From Chthonomonas calidirosea (GTDB lineage Bacteria > Armatimonadota > Fimbriimonadia > Fimbriimonadales > Fimbriimonadaceae), in NCBI GenBank assembly GCA_945859975.1, contig CAMAPH010000019.1:1-49619 (forward strand): 49,619 nucleotides of DNA, given 5' to 3'. This document shows, one piece after another, positions 26,145-36,267 of this stretch; the stretch's first letter is position 1, and each line of letters opens with the position of its first letter. The notes below the pieces were generated by a model. The model was not told where the DNA came from and searched no databases. It worked only from the letters and a program-made list of their open reading frames with translations. A program made the translations under genes and the position numbers.

Positions 26145-27428
26145 CTACTTACTTTGGGGCGAGAATCGAGGGAAGGCGAATTCGCCATCTCCACTTACCT
26201 GCCGCTCGCCGGAACCATCCGCGTTGATCGCGAAGACCGTTCGGTTACTGTCCTTTCGGCGGATAAAAGCGAGCGACTGTCCGTTTGGATGCCATGACGG
26301 CTCGAACACTTCCCCATCAACAAGCTTCGCTGCAGCGCGAACGCCTCCCGAAGAAACCGGCATCAGCGTCATCTCGCGTGGGCTCAAGTTTCCATCAGCA
26401 TAGGATCCGACCGTGAGGGCGACTCGGTCGCCACTTGGGCTCACCGCCGGTGCGCCGAAGCATGCCGTGTCGTCGTTGCTGGCGGCAATCACTTCGAAAC
26501 TAGGCTCCCCCGGGGTCGCGATGCATATCGCATGCTTAAACGGAATCGTGATCTTGTTGCCCTGCTTGAACTGCGGTGGAATTTGATCTGGCGAAAGCCA
26601 GCGGAAATTCGTCACCGAGAAAACAACTTTTCCGGACTTCGGATCAATCGAAATCTCGATCTTTTCGCCCGCCATTACCGGGCGCGGAGGGGAAATCTGC
26701 CCCTTGTCGGTAGGTTCAGTGTCCTGAATAACCAGGACCTCACCCTCTTCGCTGCGCATGATCGCCGCGATGTATCGCTTTCCACCGGCCCACTTTGCCA
26801 GTCGGAAACTGCTTCCGAGCTGACCATAAAGTCCGCCGAACTGACCGGAACTTCCAGCCCCTTCCTCTTCGCTGACGCTAACTTCGTTGCCAAGCGGCGG
26901 GAGCACCTGCCGGGTGGCTCGATCTTTGCTATCGAACTCGAGAACAAACCCGCCAGACGCGATCAGGGCAGTGCGGTTTTCTTCATCGCCAGGTTGATCA
27001 GCAAAGTTAGGATTGCTTCGCCCTCGGGTACCCACGGTTCGCTGGCTAGGAGCACTTGCCCGTGCGGCGTCCCAACGGAAAATGTTGAACGCCTTGACGT
27101 TTGAGCCCGGAACCTTAGCGCGGTCGCTGACAAAGAACAGTCGGTTGCCGTCCGGTTGCCACACGAGGTCGCGGTCAATGACGCCGGCTTCCCAGCCGGA
27201 ATTTTCGACCTTCGTTCCGTCTGGCTCAAACGCAACAACTTGCTGGCCTTCGTCTTTGTATTCGATGGCGGCAATCATGCCAGTCGTGTCGGACGGCGCA
27301 AGGTCAAAGTCACCTTTCTGCTGCTGCGCCCATTGATAAACGCCAAGCACGATGGCGAGAACGAACATGAGCACGAGCGTTCGCACGACAAGGCGCTGGC
27401 TGACTTTTGGAACGATGGGGGATGACAT
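26145..27428 (-). CDS. TolB-like beta-propeller (PD40 repeat) protein with an N-terminal anchor
   Basis: WQPDGNRLFFVSDR, PAVSPSGDRVA, PSWHPNGQSLAF and PRFSP repeats. Confidence 0.8.
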   Translation of the reverse strand: MSSPIVPKVSQRLVVRTLVLMFVLAIVLGVYQWAQQQKGDFDLAPSDTTGMIAAIEYKDEGQQVVAFEPDGTKVENSGWEAGVIDRDLVWQPDGNRLFFVSDRAKVPGSNVKAFNIFRWDAARASAPSQRTVGTRGRSNPNFADQPGDEENRTALIASGGFVLEFDSKDRATRQVLPPLGNEVSVSEEEGAGSSGQFGGLYGQLGSSFRLAKWAGGKRYIAAIMRSEEGEVLVIQDTEPTDKGQISPPRPVMAGEKIEISIDPKSGKVVFSVTNFRWLSPDQIPPQFKQGNKITIPFKHAICIATPGEPSFEVIAASNDDTACFGAPAVSPSGDRVALTVGSYADGNLSPREMTLMPVSSGGVRAAAKLVDGEVFEPSWHPNGQSLAFIRRKDSNRTVFAINADGSGERQVSGDGEFAFPRFSPQSK

Positions 27429-27441
27429 GGTGGTGTTGCGG

Positions 27442-28359
27442 CTAACTTTGACTTAAACGCGTTCCGACCGTGATCCGTGCCCCGTTGGCCCAATCTCGTC
27501 CGGACATGCGTTTTTTACCTTCCGGCTGAACTTCATGAAACTCTAAACTGCCCTCCGCGAAGGCAATCGTGAGCGGATTAAGCTTCAAAACCTCGCCCGG
27601 AGCGCCGCTCTCGGGGCAAAATCGGAGCTTCGAAAGCTTGATGCGGCCACGATCAGTTTGCAGGCCAGCACCTGGATTCGACGTCACCCCACGGAACCGG
27701 TTGTACTCGGCTTGGGCCGTTCGGTCAAACCGTAATTCGGCATCTTCTCGTTCGATTTTGGCCGCGTGGGTGGCTGCATCGTGGTCTTGTTCCGTGCGAG
27801 GATAGTCTCCCGCCGCAAGTCGCTCAACCCAGGTCGCTGCCTGGGTTGCCGCGATCTCAGACAACCGGATTTGAAGTTCGTCGTACGTCTCATCTGGTCC
27901 GATCGGGGTCTCGACGATCTCAATAACGTCGCCCGTGTCCATCCCTTTCGCCATCTGCATGAGGGAGTTTCCGGTGACCGGGTCGCCGTTCATGATTGCG
28001 CGCTGAATCGGGGCGGCTCCTCGGTAGCGCGGCAAGATCGATCCGTGCAGGTTGATCCCACCATGCTTCGCCGCCTGAAGCAGCTTCACCGAGAGGATTT
28101 GCCCGTAGCTAGCAACGAGCAAAAAGTCCGCTTCGAGCGACCGTACGAACTCAACAAACTCAGGGTCTCGCGCTTTCTCAGGCGTTTGCACGGGCAGTCC
28201 AAGTTCAACGGCTTTGACCTTTACCGGAGATGATCGAAGACTCAGTCCGCGCCCTTGCGGCCGGTCTGGCTGGCTAACGACGAGCACCACGTGCTCGCGA
28301 ACAGCCACCAAAGGCGCAACGGCGAATTCACCGGTTCCAAAGTAAACGATTCTGGCCAT
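27442..28359 (-). CDS. fmt: Methionyl-tRNA formyltransferase
   Basis: IVYFGTGEFA, SQPDRPQGRG, NLHGSILPRYRGAAPIQ, MDTG; adjacent to def. Confidence 0.97.
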   Translation of the reverse strand: MARIVYFGTGEFAVAPLVAVREHVVLVVSQPDRPQGRGLSLRSSPVKVKAVELGLPVQTPEKARDPEFVEFVRSLEADFLLVASYGQILSVKLLQAAKHGGINLHGSILPRYRGAAPIQRAIMNGDPVTGNSLMQMAKGMDTGDVIEIVETPIGPDETYDELQIRLSEIAATQAATWVERLAAGDYPRTEQDHDAATHAAKIEREDAELRFDRTAQAEYNRFRGVTSNPGAGLQTDRGRIKLSKLRFCPESGAPGEVLKLNPLTIAFAEGSLEFHEVQPEGKKRMSGRDWANGARITVGTRLSQS

Positions 28360-28374
28360 GGGTTGCCTGCGGCA

Positions 28375-28902
28375 TCAATCGTCGGGACCGTCGGGATCTC
28401 GCCAATTCAGCGTCTTCGGATCGACTTTGTCCGTGAACAAAACTCCATCCAAGTGATCCACCTCGTGCAACACCACTCGGGCGGGCAGGCCCTCAAGTTC
28501 CAGGGTGATGAGATTGCCGCGTCGATCAATCGCCTCAACTTCGATGTAAGCCGCGCGAATGACATCGCCGTAGAGACCGGGAATACTGAGACAACCTTCC
28601 TGCCCGATCTGCTCGCCTTCCTCGCGGATCACCCGCGGGTTGATCAGGGCCATCGGCTTCATGTCGTCCGGCGCAATCACGATCAGTCGGCTACTCACGC
28701 CAACCTGAGGCGCGGCAAGACCGATCCCGCTCGCCTTTTTCATGATCCGGACCATATCGTCGATCAAGAACTGGGTTTTCTTCGTGATCTTCGGCACGGG
28801 TGCCGCAACTGCCCGAAGGACATCGGCCGGGATTTTGACTACCGGACGCTCGTCATTCTGGACGTACAAGTACTGAAACTCGTCCGGAACAACTACCAAC
28901 AT
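28375..28902 (-). CDS. def: Peptide deformylase
   Basis: GIGLAAPQVG, EGCLS and HEVDHLDG. Confidence 0.97.
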   Translation of the reverse strand: MLVVVPDEFQYLYVQNDERPVVKIPADVLRAVAAPVPKITKKTQFLIDDMVRIMKKASGIGLAAPQVGVSSRLIVIAPDDMKPMALINPRVIREEGEQIGQEGCLSIPGLYGDVIRAAYIEVEAIDRRGNLITLELEGLPARVVLHEVDHLDGVLFTDKVDPKTLNWRDPDGPDD

Positions 28903-28927
28903 ATGCCGCTAATTGTGACACGTACGG

Positions 28928-29746
28928 TCACGATGCTCTGGCCACAAGAATCCGGTCCCGCCCACCAAGGTCCTTCCGCACTTCCACCGCTGCCCAGCCA
29001 GCTCCTCGAAAAATGTCCACGACTGGTTCGCCTTGTTCGTGCCCCATCTCCATCACGAACCAGCCGCCGGGTTTCAATTTCGACTTGGCCTGCGCCAGTC
29101 GGCGAATGATGGCCAGGCCCTGATCTTCGGCAAACAAAGCCAGCGCCGGCTCGTAATCCGCGACCTGGGACTCGACAACTTCCTGCCGGCCAATGTAGGG
29201 GGGATTCGAGATCACGAGATCGAACATCTCATCCATCAGCGGATCAAGCAAATCGGCCAGGAAGAACTGAACCGAAGCATCGAGAACGTCCCCGTTCCGG
29301 ATCGCGGTTTGGATCGCTCTCGCCGAGATGTCGGTGGCAAAAACTTGCCACCGTTGTCGCTCTAAAGCGCAAGTCACAGCGATGCAGCCCGAGCCGGTAC
29401 CGACATCCACAACGACGGCATCCGAAGCTAGCGGCAAGCCCAAAGCAGCTTCCACGACCTCCTCGGTTTCGTGTCGAGGAATCAGCACGTCGGGATTGAC
29501 CGAGAATCGGCGACCGTAAAACTCCCGAAACCCGAGCAAATACGCAAGCGGCTCGCCATTTAAACGTCGCCCGAGCAGCGCATTCGCGGGCAACTCGGCA
29601 ATGTCCTCGTCTGGATGCGAGAGCAAGAAGGACCGTTCTAGTCCGAGCGAATGACCAAGCAAAACTTCCGACTCCAGCTTTGCGGAAAGAACTCCCGCGA
29701 GATCAAGCTGCTCGCGGGCCATCGTGAGCCAAGATCGAACCGTCAT
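28928..29746 (-). CDS. prmC: Release factor glutamine methyltransferase
   Basis: [28 protein letters not shown] and SNPPY; start MTVRSWL overlaps the hflX stop (ATGA). Confidence 0.95.
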   Translation of the reverse strand: MTVRSWLTMAREQLDLAGVLSAKLESEVLLGHSLGLERSFLLSHPDEDIAELPANALLGRRLNGEPLAYLLGFREFYGRRFSVNPDVLIPRHETEEVVEAALGLPLASDAVVVDVGTGSGCIAVTCALERQRWQVFATDISARAIQTAIRNGDVLDASVQFFLADLLDPLMDEMFDLVISNPPYIGRQEVVESQVADYEPALALFAEDQGLAIIRRLAQAKSKLKPGGWFVMEMGHEQGEPVVDIFRGAGWAAVEVRKDLGGRDRILVARAS

Positions 29747-31020
29747 GCGGGCATCGGAGCGACTTCGTACGGCGCTAGCTTCTGCCGAAGCTGGGCCACG
29801 AGTTCGCCTTCCAGGTAGATGCCGTTTTCTTTGTATTCGACCCGATGCACGCGACCATAGTCGTAGCATTCCTGCACCCAGTGCTGGTGGCTGTACGGAA
29901 TCAGCACATACGCGATCCCGAGCAACTCCTGAACCTGGTTCAGCACCGCGGCGAAGAGGTCGTCCATCCCGATTCCCGGCATCGCCGCAATCGCAACCGA
30001 GTTCGGCCACTCCGCCACCAATCGACGCGGAATCGTCTGGTCTTCCAACCGGTCGATCTTGTTGAAGAGCGTGATCATCGGCTTGTCCGCTGCGCCCAGC
30101 TTTTCCAGAGTCTCCATGACCGCGTCGCGCTGGATGTCCCAGTTCGGGGCAGAAACGTCGACCACGTGGACCAAGAAGTCGGCGAAAGTCGCCTCTTCAA
30201 GCGTGGACTGGAACGCCGCGACCAAGTGGGTGGGAAGGTTTCGAATAAAGCCGACCGTGTCGGTAAGGAAGACCGAGTAGCCATCGGGCAAATCGATCTT
30301 TCGCGTCGTCGGGTCAAGCGTGGCGAACGGCATCGCGTCGACCAGAACATCCGTTCCGGCAAGGCGATTCATGAGGGTCGATTTGCCAGCCGACGTATAG
30401 CCGACGATACAAGCAAACGGAAACGGGTGCTTGCGGCGACTCGTTCTTTGCTGGCCGCGAACGCGGGTGACCTCATCGATTTCGCCGTTCAAGCGCGAGA
30501 TGCGATCCCGCACCATTCGCTTGTCGGTTTCGAGCTTGGTTTCACCCGGACCGCGCATACCAATACCGCCCTTCTGACGTTCGAATTTGGTGTAAACCGA
30601 CATGAGCTTTGGCATCATGTAGGTCAGCTGGGCGAGCTCAACTTGCAACATGCCCTCCTTGGTCCGAGCACGGCGGGCAAAGATGTCGAGAATAAGCTGG
30701 GTCCGGTCGACGACCTTGACCTTGCACTTCTCTTCAAGGTTACGGCTTTGAATACCGGAAAGCTCGCCGTCGAAAATGACGACTTCGGCTTCGGACTCGT
30801 TGACCAGCATGGCAATCTCTTGCACTTTGCCGGTGCCAACGTAGTTGCCCTTATACGGTCGGCTCAGGCGTTGCCGGATGGTCGCGACGGGCTCAACTTG
30901 GGCGGCTTCGCAAAGGCCAATGAGCTCTTCTTCAACGACAAGGTCTTCCGCTTCATCTTCGTTGACGAAGACAAGTACGGCACGTTCGAGAATAGGGGGT
31001 TGTTCGGATTTCTTAGACAT
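29743..31020 (-). CDS. hflX: GTPase HflX
   Basis: [42 protein letters not shown] and NKID. Confidence 0.97.
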   Translation of the reverse strand: MSKKSEQPPILERAVLVFVNEDEAEDLVVEEELIGLCEAAQVEPVATIRQRLSRPYKGNYVGTGKVQEIAMLVNESEAEVVIFDGELSGIQSRNLEEKCKVKVVDRTQLILDIFARRARTKEGMLQVELAQLTYMMPKLMSVYTKFERQKGGIGMRGPGETKLETDKRMVRDRISRLNGEIDEVTRVRGQQRTSRRKHPFPFACIVGYTSAGKSTLMNRLAGTDVLVDAMPFATLDPTTRKIDLPDGYSVFLTDTVGFIRNLPTHLVAAFQSTLEEATFADFLVHVVDVSAPNWDIQRDAVMETLEKLGAADKPMITLFNKIDRLEDQTIPRRLVAEWPNSVAIAAMPGIGMDDLFAAVLNQVQELLGIAYVLIPYSHQHWVQECYDYGRVHRVEYKENGIYLEGELVAQLRQKLAPYEVAPMPA

Positions 31021-31113
31021 AGGGACGCAATAGGAGATGGGAGCAGAAACAGAATCGAGGTTCGATTACGTTGCTATATCCACATCTCCGTTGCACCAAC
31101 CTGATCGTCGTCT

Positions 31114-31653
31114 TTAGAAGTTCAGCAAGCTGTAGGAAACGCCTACCGTGACACCGCTGAAATCGAATCCGCCGCGCTGCTGGAAGTACTGGTACTTGCC
31201 GTACAGATTCCAACGCTGAGCAAACACTACCCCGAGTTCGGCGCTGCTGGTGAGTCCAACGGTCTTCGCCGCGTTTCGTCCGGAAGTCGTCGTGATCGCG
31301 TAATCATAATAAGCCGCGCCAACGCCAAGTCGCGCATAGGGCTGAACTCCGCCCTTGTTTTCGTCCTGAGTGAGTCGAAATTCGGTCTGCAGCGTGAACG
31401 GGAGAATCAGCAACTTGTTACCGTTCTTCTGTGCGGTCAAAACGCCGAAGTCTGTGCGTAGGCTGGGCTTACCGGCAACGCTCGTTCGAGTTCGACCAAA
31501 TCCGAAGTCTGGAATCGTATCGCCAAACGCGTCCCGGACTTCCCGACTCGTTGGGAAGAAGACGCCGAAGTCTGGACCGATTTGAGCGGTCTGAGCAAAT
31601 GCCGAAGATGCCGCAAGCGCGGAGAGACCAACGAGGGTGAGACGTGCGTTCAT
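31114..31653 (-). CDS. Outer-membrane beta-barrel protein
   Basis: Signal peptide MNARLTLVGLSALAASSAFA; amphipathic beta strands (PYARLGVGAAY, GVTVGVSYSLLNF) and terminal Phe. Confidence 0.8.
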   Translation of the reverse strand: MNARLTLVGLSALAASSAFAQTAQIGPDFGVFFPTSREVRDAFGDTIPDFGFGRTRTSVAGKPSLRTDFGVLTAQKNGNKLLILPFTLQTEFRLTQDENKGGVQPYARLGVGAAYYDYAITTTSGRNAAKTVGLTSSAELGVVFAQRWNLYGKYQYFQQRGGFDFSGVTVGVSYSLLNF

Positions 31654-31657
31654 TTTT

Positions 31658-32407
31658 TTAGCCTTGATACGGTTGACCGAGAAGCGTGATGGTACCGGCA
31701 AATCGCGAAACTTCTTGAACCATCCGTCCCACCACCGCCTCATATAACTTTTCGCCCAACTCAACCGACGCTTGAGTGGCATTACCCGCAACGCCATGAA
31801 GCGATCTTTCATTAAAATTTGTGATTAGGCCGCTCACGTAAGGCACCGGCTCGAGTCCGTCGTCCACAAGTTTGTGCGTTTGAACCAACTCGGGTCGGCA
31901 ATGAAGCATCAAACTCGTTTCGACTTCGTCCGCGTGGCCCATCCCAACGCCTCCCGCGAGCTGCGAAATGTCAGAGTTCGCAACTTGGTAGTAGTCCGCA
32001 TGCGCCAGCCAGCAGTTGGGATGGCTTTGCTTAACCATCCGCAATGCAAGCTCATTGGCAGGCGTGTTGCCTCCGTGGCCGTTCAAGATATAGAAGCGCC
32101 GGAATCCGTGCGCAACAAGCGATCCGATCATTTCCTGGATGGCTTGGATGTAAACCGTTGGACTCAAACTCAGCGTTCCCGCGAAAGCGATATGGTGCGG
32201 GCTGACGCCGCAAGCCAAGGTGGGGACTAAAAGTACTTGCTCCGGCAGGTTCGCTTCTACTGCCTTTCCGAACGCTTCCGCGAGCATCCAATCCGTTCCA
32301 ATCGGCAAGTGCGGGCCGTGTTGCTCCGTGGCCCCGGTCGGTATCATGCACACAATCTCTCGCGACAGCACTTCAACTTGTGGCGATGTCAGTTCGCTGA
32401 GAATCAC
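31658..32407 (-). CDS. Creatininase-family amidohydrolase
   Basis: GATEQHGPHLPIGTD, NGHGGN and HADEVETS. Confidence 0.92.
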   Translation of the reverse strand: MILSELTSPQVEVLSREIVCMIPTGATEQHGPHLPIGTDWMLAEAFGKAVEANLPEQVLLVPTLACGVSPHHIAFAGTLSLSPTVYIQAIQEMIGSLVAHGFRRFYILNGHGGNTPANELALRMVKQSHPNCWLAHADYYQVANSDISQLAGGVGMGHADEVETSLMLHCRPELVQTHKLVDDGLEPVPYVSGLITNFNERSLHGVAGNATQASVELGEKLYEAVVGRMVQEVSRFAGTITLLGQPYQG

Positions 32408-32421
32408 CCAGAAAGCATAGC

Positions 32422-32952
32422 CTACGATGTGGCGAGCGCTTCAATCTGGCGCGTATGTCGCTCGCCATGTTGGGCAAGCACTTCGAACATATCGGGCAAC
32501 CGCATTACGATGATCCCAACAATTGGGTTTTTGAACTTTACGACCGAGAGGTTCTTGCCAAGTGCCAAGTCGCAAGCAGTCACGATCTTCTCGTTGAGGG
32601 CAAAGAACTCCGTCTCGATTCCGCGCGGAATTTCTCCCGGACGAGGCGCAACTGAACCCGGCATCGGCGCATTGCTATCTGGCCCCGCGGCATTGATCAG
32701 CAGTTTTCCAGCAATGGAGTAACGCGCAGGCAGTTCACCGCCATTTTCCGGCGCTTGCCGAACGAGTCCTTCAAGTTCCTGGACGTACGCACGATTCACG
32801 ATAACCAAATGCTCGATGATCTGACCAACGGAAAGCGGGTTGCCAGGGCGATTCCACTTCTCATCCGGCATGTTCGCGAGAACCGTGCGAAGACGAACGG
32901 TCTGATCTTCGAGCCTTTGCTTCGCCGATCTCACCAACTCGTCGTGGGTCAT
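32422..32952 (-). CDS. DinB-family (DinB_2) protein
   Basis: SVGQIIEHL and C-terminal HGERHTRQI His triad. Confidence 0.85.
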   Translation of the reverse strand: MTHDELVRSAKQRLEDQTVRLRTVLANMPDEKWNRPGNPLSVGQIIEHLVIVNRAYVQELEGLVRQAPENGGELPARYSIAGKLLINAAGPDSNAPMPGSVAPRPGEIPRGIETEFFALNEKIVTACDLALGKNLSVVKFKNPIVGIIVMRLPDMFEVLAQHGERHTRQIEALATS

Positions 32953-32955
32953 GAC

Positions 32956-34329
32956 TTATCCCTCTGGATACACGTTTCGAATGAGCATCGTGATGGTGGC
33001 GCGGAAGTCCTTATCCTTCTGCATCAACTCGTCGATCTTCTGGTAGCCGTGCATCATCGACGTGTGGTCACGGTCGCCGAATAGCGAACCGATGTGGTTC
33101 CACGAGTCGCCGGTGATCCGCCGCGTCATGTACACCGCAACGTGGCGAGCCAAAGCGATGGGAGCCTTCCGAGACGTGCCCTTGATGTCCGGGCTCGGGA
33201 TGCCGTAGTGCTTGCTGACCGCTTCGAGAATCTGCGTAAAACCGGGCTTGGTGAGGCTGGCCTGGTAGTACTTATCCACCATATCCGACGCCAAATCGAT
33301 GTCCAGCGGGATGTTTTCCAAGCTGGCGAAAGCCGCAATCCGCGTTAGGGCACCTTCCAACACTCGGATGTTGCCGGGCACCGTCTGCGCCAAGAACATC
33401 GCAACCTCGTGAGAAATCGCGATCTGATCCTGATCTGCCTTTGACTGGATGATCGCGCAACGAGTTTCCGTATCTGGCATCTGGACGTCGGCCACCAAAC
33501 CGGCCTCAAATCTCGACCGAAGTCGATCGTCCATCGAGTACAAGTCGCGCGGTGGTCGGTCGGCCGTGAGCACAATCTGCTTTCCGAACTGCTGCAGGGT
33601 GTTGAAGGTGTGGAACACCTCTTCCTGCGTTTTGTCCTTTCCGGCAATGAACTGGATGTCGTCCACCAGCCACACGCCAGCGGTGCGCTGCGAACGGCGG
33701 AACTGCTCGATGCGGTTGCCTTGCAGGGCATTGACGAAATCTTCCGCAAACTGCTGCGCGCTGATGTACTCGACCAATAGGTCGGGCCGATTGCGCTTGA
33801 GCTCAATCGCAATCGCGTGGAGCATGTGGGTCTTGCCCAAGCCGCTTGGTCCGTAGATGAAAAGCGGGTTGTACTTATCCCCGGGGCTGCTACCCACGGC
33901 TTTCGCACCGGCGACGGCGAGTCGGTTGCTCTGACCTACAACGAGTCGGTCAAAGGAAAAGCGTGGATTCGGCTCGAAACGCGCCTTCGGCGGCGCGGCA
34001 GCGGTGACGGTTGCCACGCCAAGCTCAGCGGTCGCCGGGTTCTGGCGACTCATCGGCACCAACTCCAGCCGAACCTCTTCTCCTAACTCGTCTTCAAATG
34101 CAATTTTTATATCAGCGATGTGTCGCTCTCGCACCCACTCATAAACGAACTTCCCGGGAGCGCCGATTTTGAGCACACCCTCGGCAAATTCTAATGGCTG
34201 CAAGGGACGGATGAATCGGTCCATCCAGGCGGTATTGATCTCTTCAGCGAGTCGATCTTGTACGCGTGACCAGGCTGCCAACAGTGTTTCTGGCGCGTTC
34301 CCGGCGGCGTCACTAAACAGGTCCTTCAT
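32956..34329 (-). CDS. dnaA: Chromosomal replication initiator DnaA
   Basis: YNPLFIYGPSGLGKTH, DDIQF, QEEVFHTFN, RLRSRF, NIRVLEGAL and domain IV RDHTS. Confidence 0.98.
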   Translation of the reverse strand: MKDLFSDAAGNAPETLLAAWSRVQDRLAEEINTAWMDRFIRPLQPLEFAEGVLKIGAPGKFVYEWVRERHIADIKIAFEDELGEEVRLELVPMSRQNPATAELGVATVTAAAPPKARFEPNPRFSFDRLVVGQSNRLAVAGAKAVGSSPGDKYNPLFIYGPSGLGKTHMLHAIAIELKRNRPDLLVEYISAQQFAEDFVNALQGNRIEQFRRSQRTAGVWLVDDIQFIAGKDKTQEEVFHTFNTLQQFGKQIVLTADRPPRDLYSMDDRLRSRFEAGLVADVQMPDTETRCAIIQSKADQDQIAISHEVAMFLAQTVPGNIRVLEGALTRIAAFASLENIPLDIDLASDMVDKYYQASLTKPGFTQILEAVSKHYGIPSPDIKGTSRKAPIALARHVAVYMTRRITGDSWNHIGSLFGDRDHTSMMHGYQKIDELMQKDKDFRATITMLIRNVYPEG

Positions 34330-34553
34330 TAGAAAATACGAATGCTGAAAAACTCAGCGAGCGGTCAGTATACACAGCGGTTCCCAACTTCGCAGACTCA
34401 TGATTTCCCGTTTAATGCTACTGAATTCCGAGCTGAGCTGCCCTCTGTCATTGAGGGCTTCTATGCTGAATTTTTGAATGAATTCCTGCCAGATTCGCTC
34501 ATTTTCGCAAATCCGTTTAACACCTGTCTACGTTAAACGGTAGAGTCCCTCAG
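34330..34553. promoter_or_regulatory. AT-richer dnaA/thiN divergent intergenic region, candidate oriC or autoregulatory region
   Basis: One near-DnaA box GTATACACA (34368-76), repeated (ATG)CTGAA(TT) motifs and the inverted repeat CCGTTTAAC-N10-GTTAAACGG (34513-40). Confidence 0.4.
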
Positions 34554-35183
34554 ATGCCTTTTTTTTCGCAAGATGGTTGGCCGATAGGTGTCCTTGCCGG
34601 GGGTGACCACCCGACTGAAGCGATGCGCGAGTGGCTGACTCATGCCCCAATCGTGCTTGCAGCCGACGGTGGAGCCAACCGTTGCCACGCGGCCGGCATT
34701 GCGCCTGATTGGGTGATTGGAGACTTCGACTCCGTGGCACCAGCCGCCCTGGAATTTGCCAAAAGCCGACGGCACGTGACCGACCAATCGACAACGGATT
34801 GCGACAAATTACTACAGCTTGCCGGCGAGCTGGGGCTCACCCGAATCGCCTTGATGTGCAGTGAGGGTGACCGACCAGACCACACATTGGCAACCTTCCA
34901 TTCCGCGCTGCGAGCCCCGATCCAAACCCGATTCATCCTCCGATCGGGCTGGGCAGAAACGCTCACCGCAGGTCCTTGGAGAGCCAACATTCCCGTCGGA
35001 GCTCGATTCAGCATTTTGCCCCTGACCGCATCCCGCGTATCCGCAACCGGATTGGAGTGGTCATTCGACATGCAAGCCGTCGATGCCATGGGATTTAGCA
35101 GCGTCTCAAACCGGACCACATCCGAAACCGTCGAGGTCACAGTCGAATCAGGTGCGGTGATCGTGTTCGTCGGACTAGACTAA
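34554..35183 (+). CDS. thiN: Thiamine diphosphokinase
   Basis: AADGGAN, IGDFDS, DQSTTDCDK, GDRPDH and SVSN. Confidence 0.92.
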   Translation: MPFFSQDGWPIGVLAGGDHPTEAMREWLTHAPIVLAADGGANRCHAAGIAPDWVIGDFDSVAPAALEFAKSRRHVTDQSTTDCDKLLQLAGELGLTRIALMCSEGDRPDHTLATFHSALRAPIQTRFILRSGWAETLTAGPWRANIPVGARFSILPLTASRVSATGLEWSFDMQAVDAMGFSSVSNRTTSETVEVTVESGAVIVFVGLD

Positions 35184-35187
35184 CGCC

Positions 35188-36267
35188 GTGTCAGACGTGA
35201 TCCACCCACGCATCGAGGCCGCCCACACGATCCCATCCCGGTTCTATACCGACCCAGCGGTCCTTGAGCAGGCGAAAGAGCAGATCTTTGCTCCGGCGTG
35301 GCACTTCATCGGCGATGACGAAAAGATCCAGGTCCCCGGCTCGGTTTGGCCGACGACCATCCTCGATGGTTTTCTCGACGAACCGATTGTTCTCACGCGG
35401 GACATGAACGACACCGTCCATTGCCTCTCCAACGTTTGCACTCATCGCGGCATGCTCGTTGCGGAGAACCCGGGCAACGCGCGCTTTCTGCGGTGCCGCT
35501 ACCACGGCCGTCGCTTTGGACTAGGTGGCGACTTCCAGCATATGCCGGAGTTCGATCAGGTCGAAGGCTTCCCAAGCCCCGCGGACTGCTTACCGAAAGT
35601 GCCGTTCGCGAATTGGGGTCCGTGGCTCTTTGCATCGGTGCAGCCGGCTCTCAGCTTCGAAGCGACCTTCGGCAAGATGATCGAGCGCCTGAGCTGGCTG
35701 CCCGTCCAACAGTTCATTTCTGCCCCAGAACGCGGTCGGGACTACCTAATCCAAGCGAACTGGGCCCTGTACGTGGACAACTATCTCGAAGGGTTTCATA
35801 TCCCGTTTGTCCACTCTGGCCTCAACGACGTGCTGGATTACGAGAGCTACGAAACCGAGACCTTTGAAGGTGGGAATCTCCAAATCGCCGTCGCCAACGA
35901 TGACGAGTACTGCTTTGATATTCCCGCCCACGCTGCCGATCATGGGCGGCGGATCGCCGCGTACTACTACTGGTTCTTCCCAAACTTGATGCTGAACTTC
36001 TACCCGTGGGGGCTGAGCATTAACGTGGTGAAACCGCTTTCTGTAGACCGCACGAAAGTGAGCTTCATCCCGTACGTTTGGGACGCCAGCAAGCTCGGCA
36101 GCGGCGCAGGTGCGGCCCTGGATCGGGTCGAGCGAGAAGACGAGGTCGTTGTGGAAGCGGTGCAGCGCGGTGTTCGGTCTCGCCTCTACGATCGTGGACG
36201 CTATTCACCACGTCGAGAGGCCAACGTTCACCACTTCCACCGCTCGCTAGCGGATCGACTCCAGTAA
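35188..36267 (+). CDS. Rieske non-heme iron oxygenase alpha subunit (choline monooxygenase-like)
   Basis: CTHRG...CRYHG Rieske motif; NWALYVDNYLEGFHIPFVH iron-binding motif; EDEVVVEAVQRG. Confidence 0.92.
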   Translation: MSDVIHPRIEAAHTIPSRFYTDPAVLEQAKEQIFAPAWHFIGDDEKIQVPGSVWPTTILDGFLDEPIVLTRDMNDTVHCLSNVCTHRGMLVAENPGNARFLRCRYHGRRFGLGGDFQHMPEFDQVEGFPSPADCLPKVPFANWGPWLFASVQPALSFEATFGKMIERLSWLPVQQFISAPERGRDYLIQANWALYVDNYLEGFHIPFVHSGLNDVLDYESYETETFEGGNLQIAVANDDEYCFDIPAHAADHGRRIAAYYYWFFPNLMLNFYPWGLSINVVKPLSVDRTKVSFIPYVWDASKLGSGAGAALDRVEREDEVVVEAVQRGVRSRLYDRGRYSPRREANVHHFHRSLADRLQ

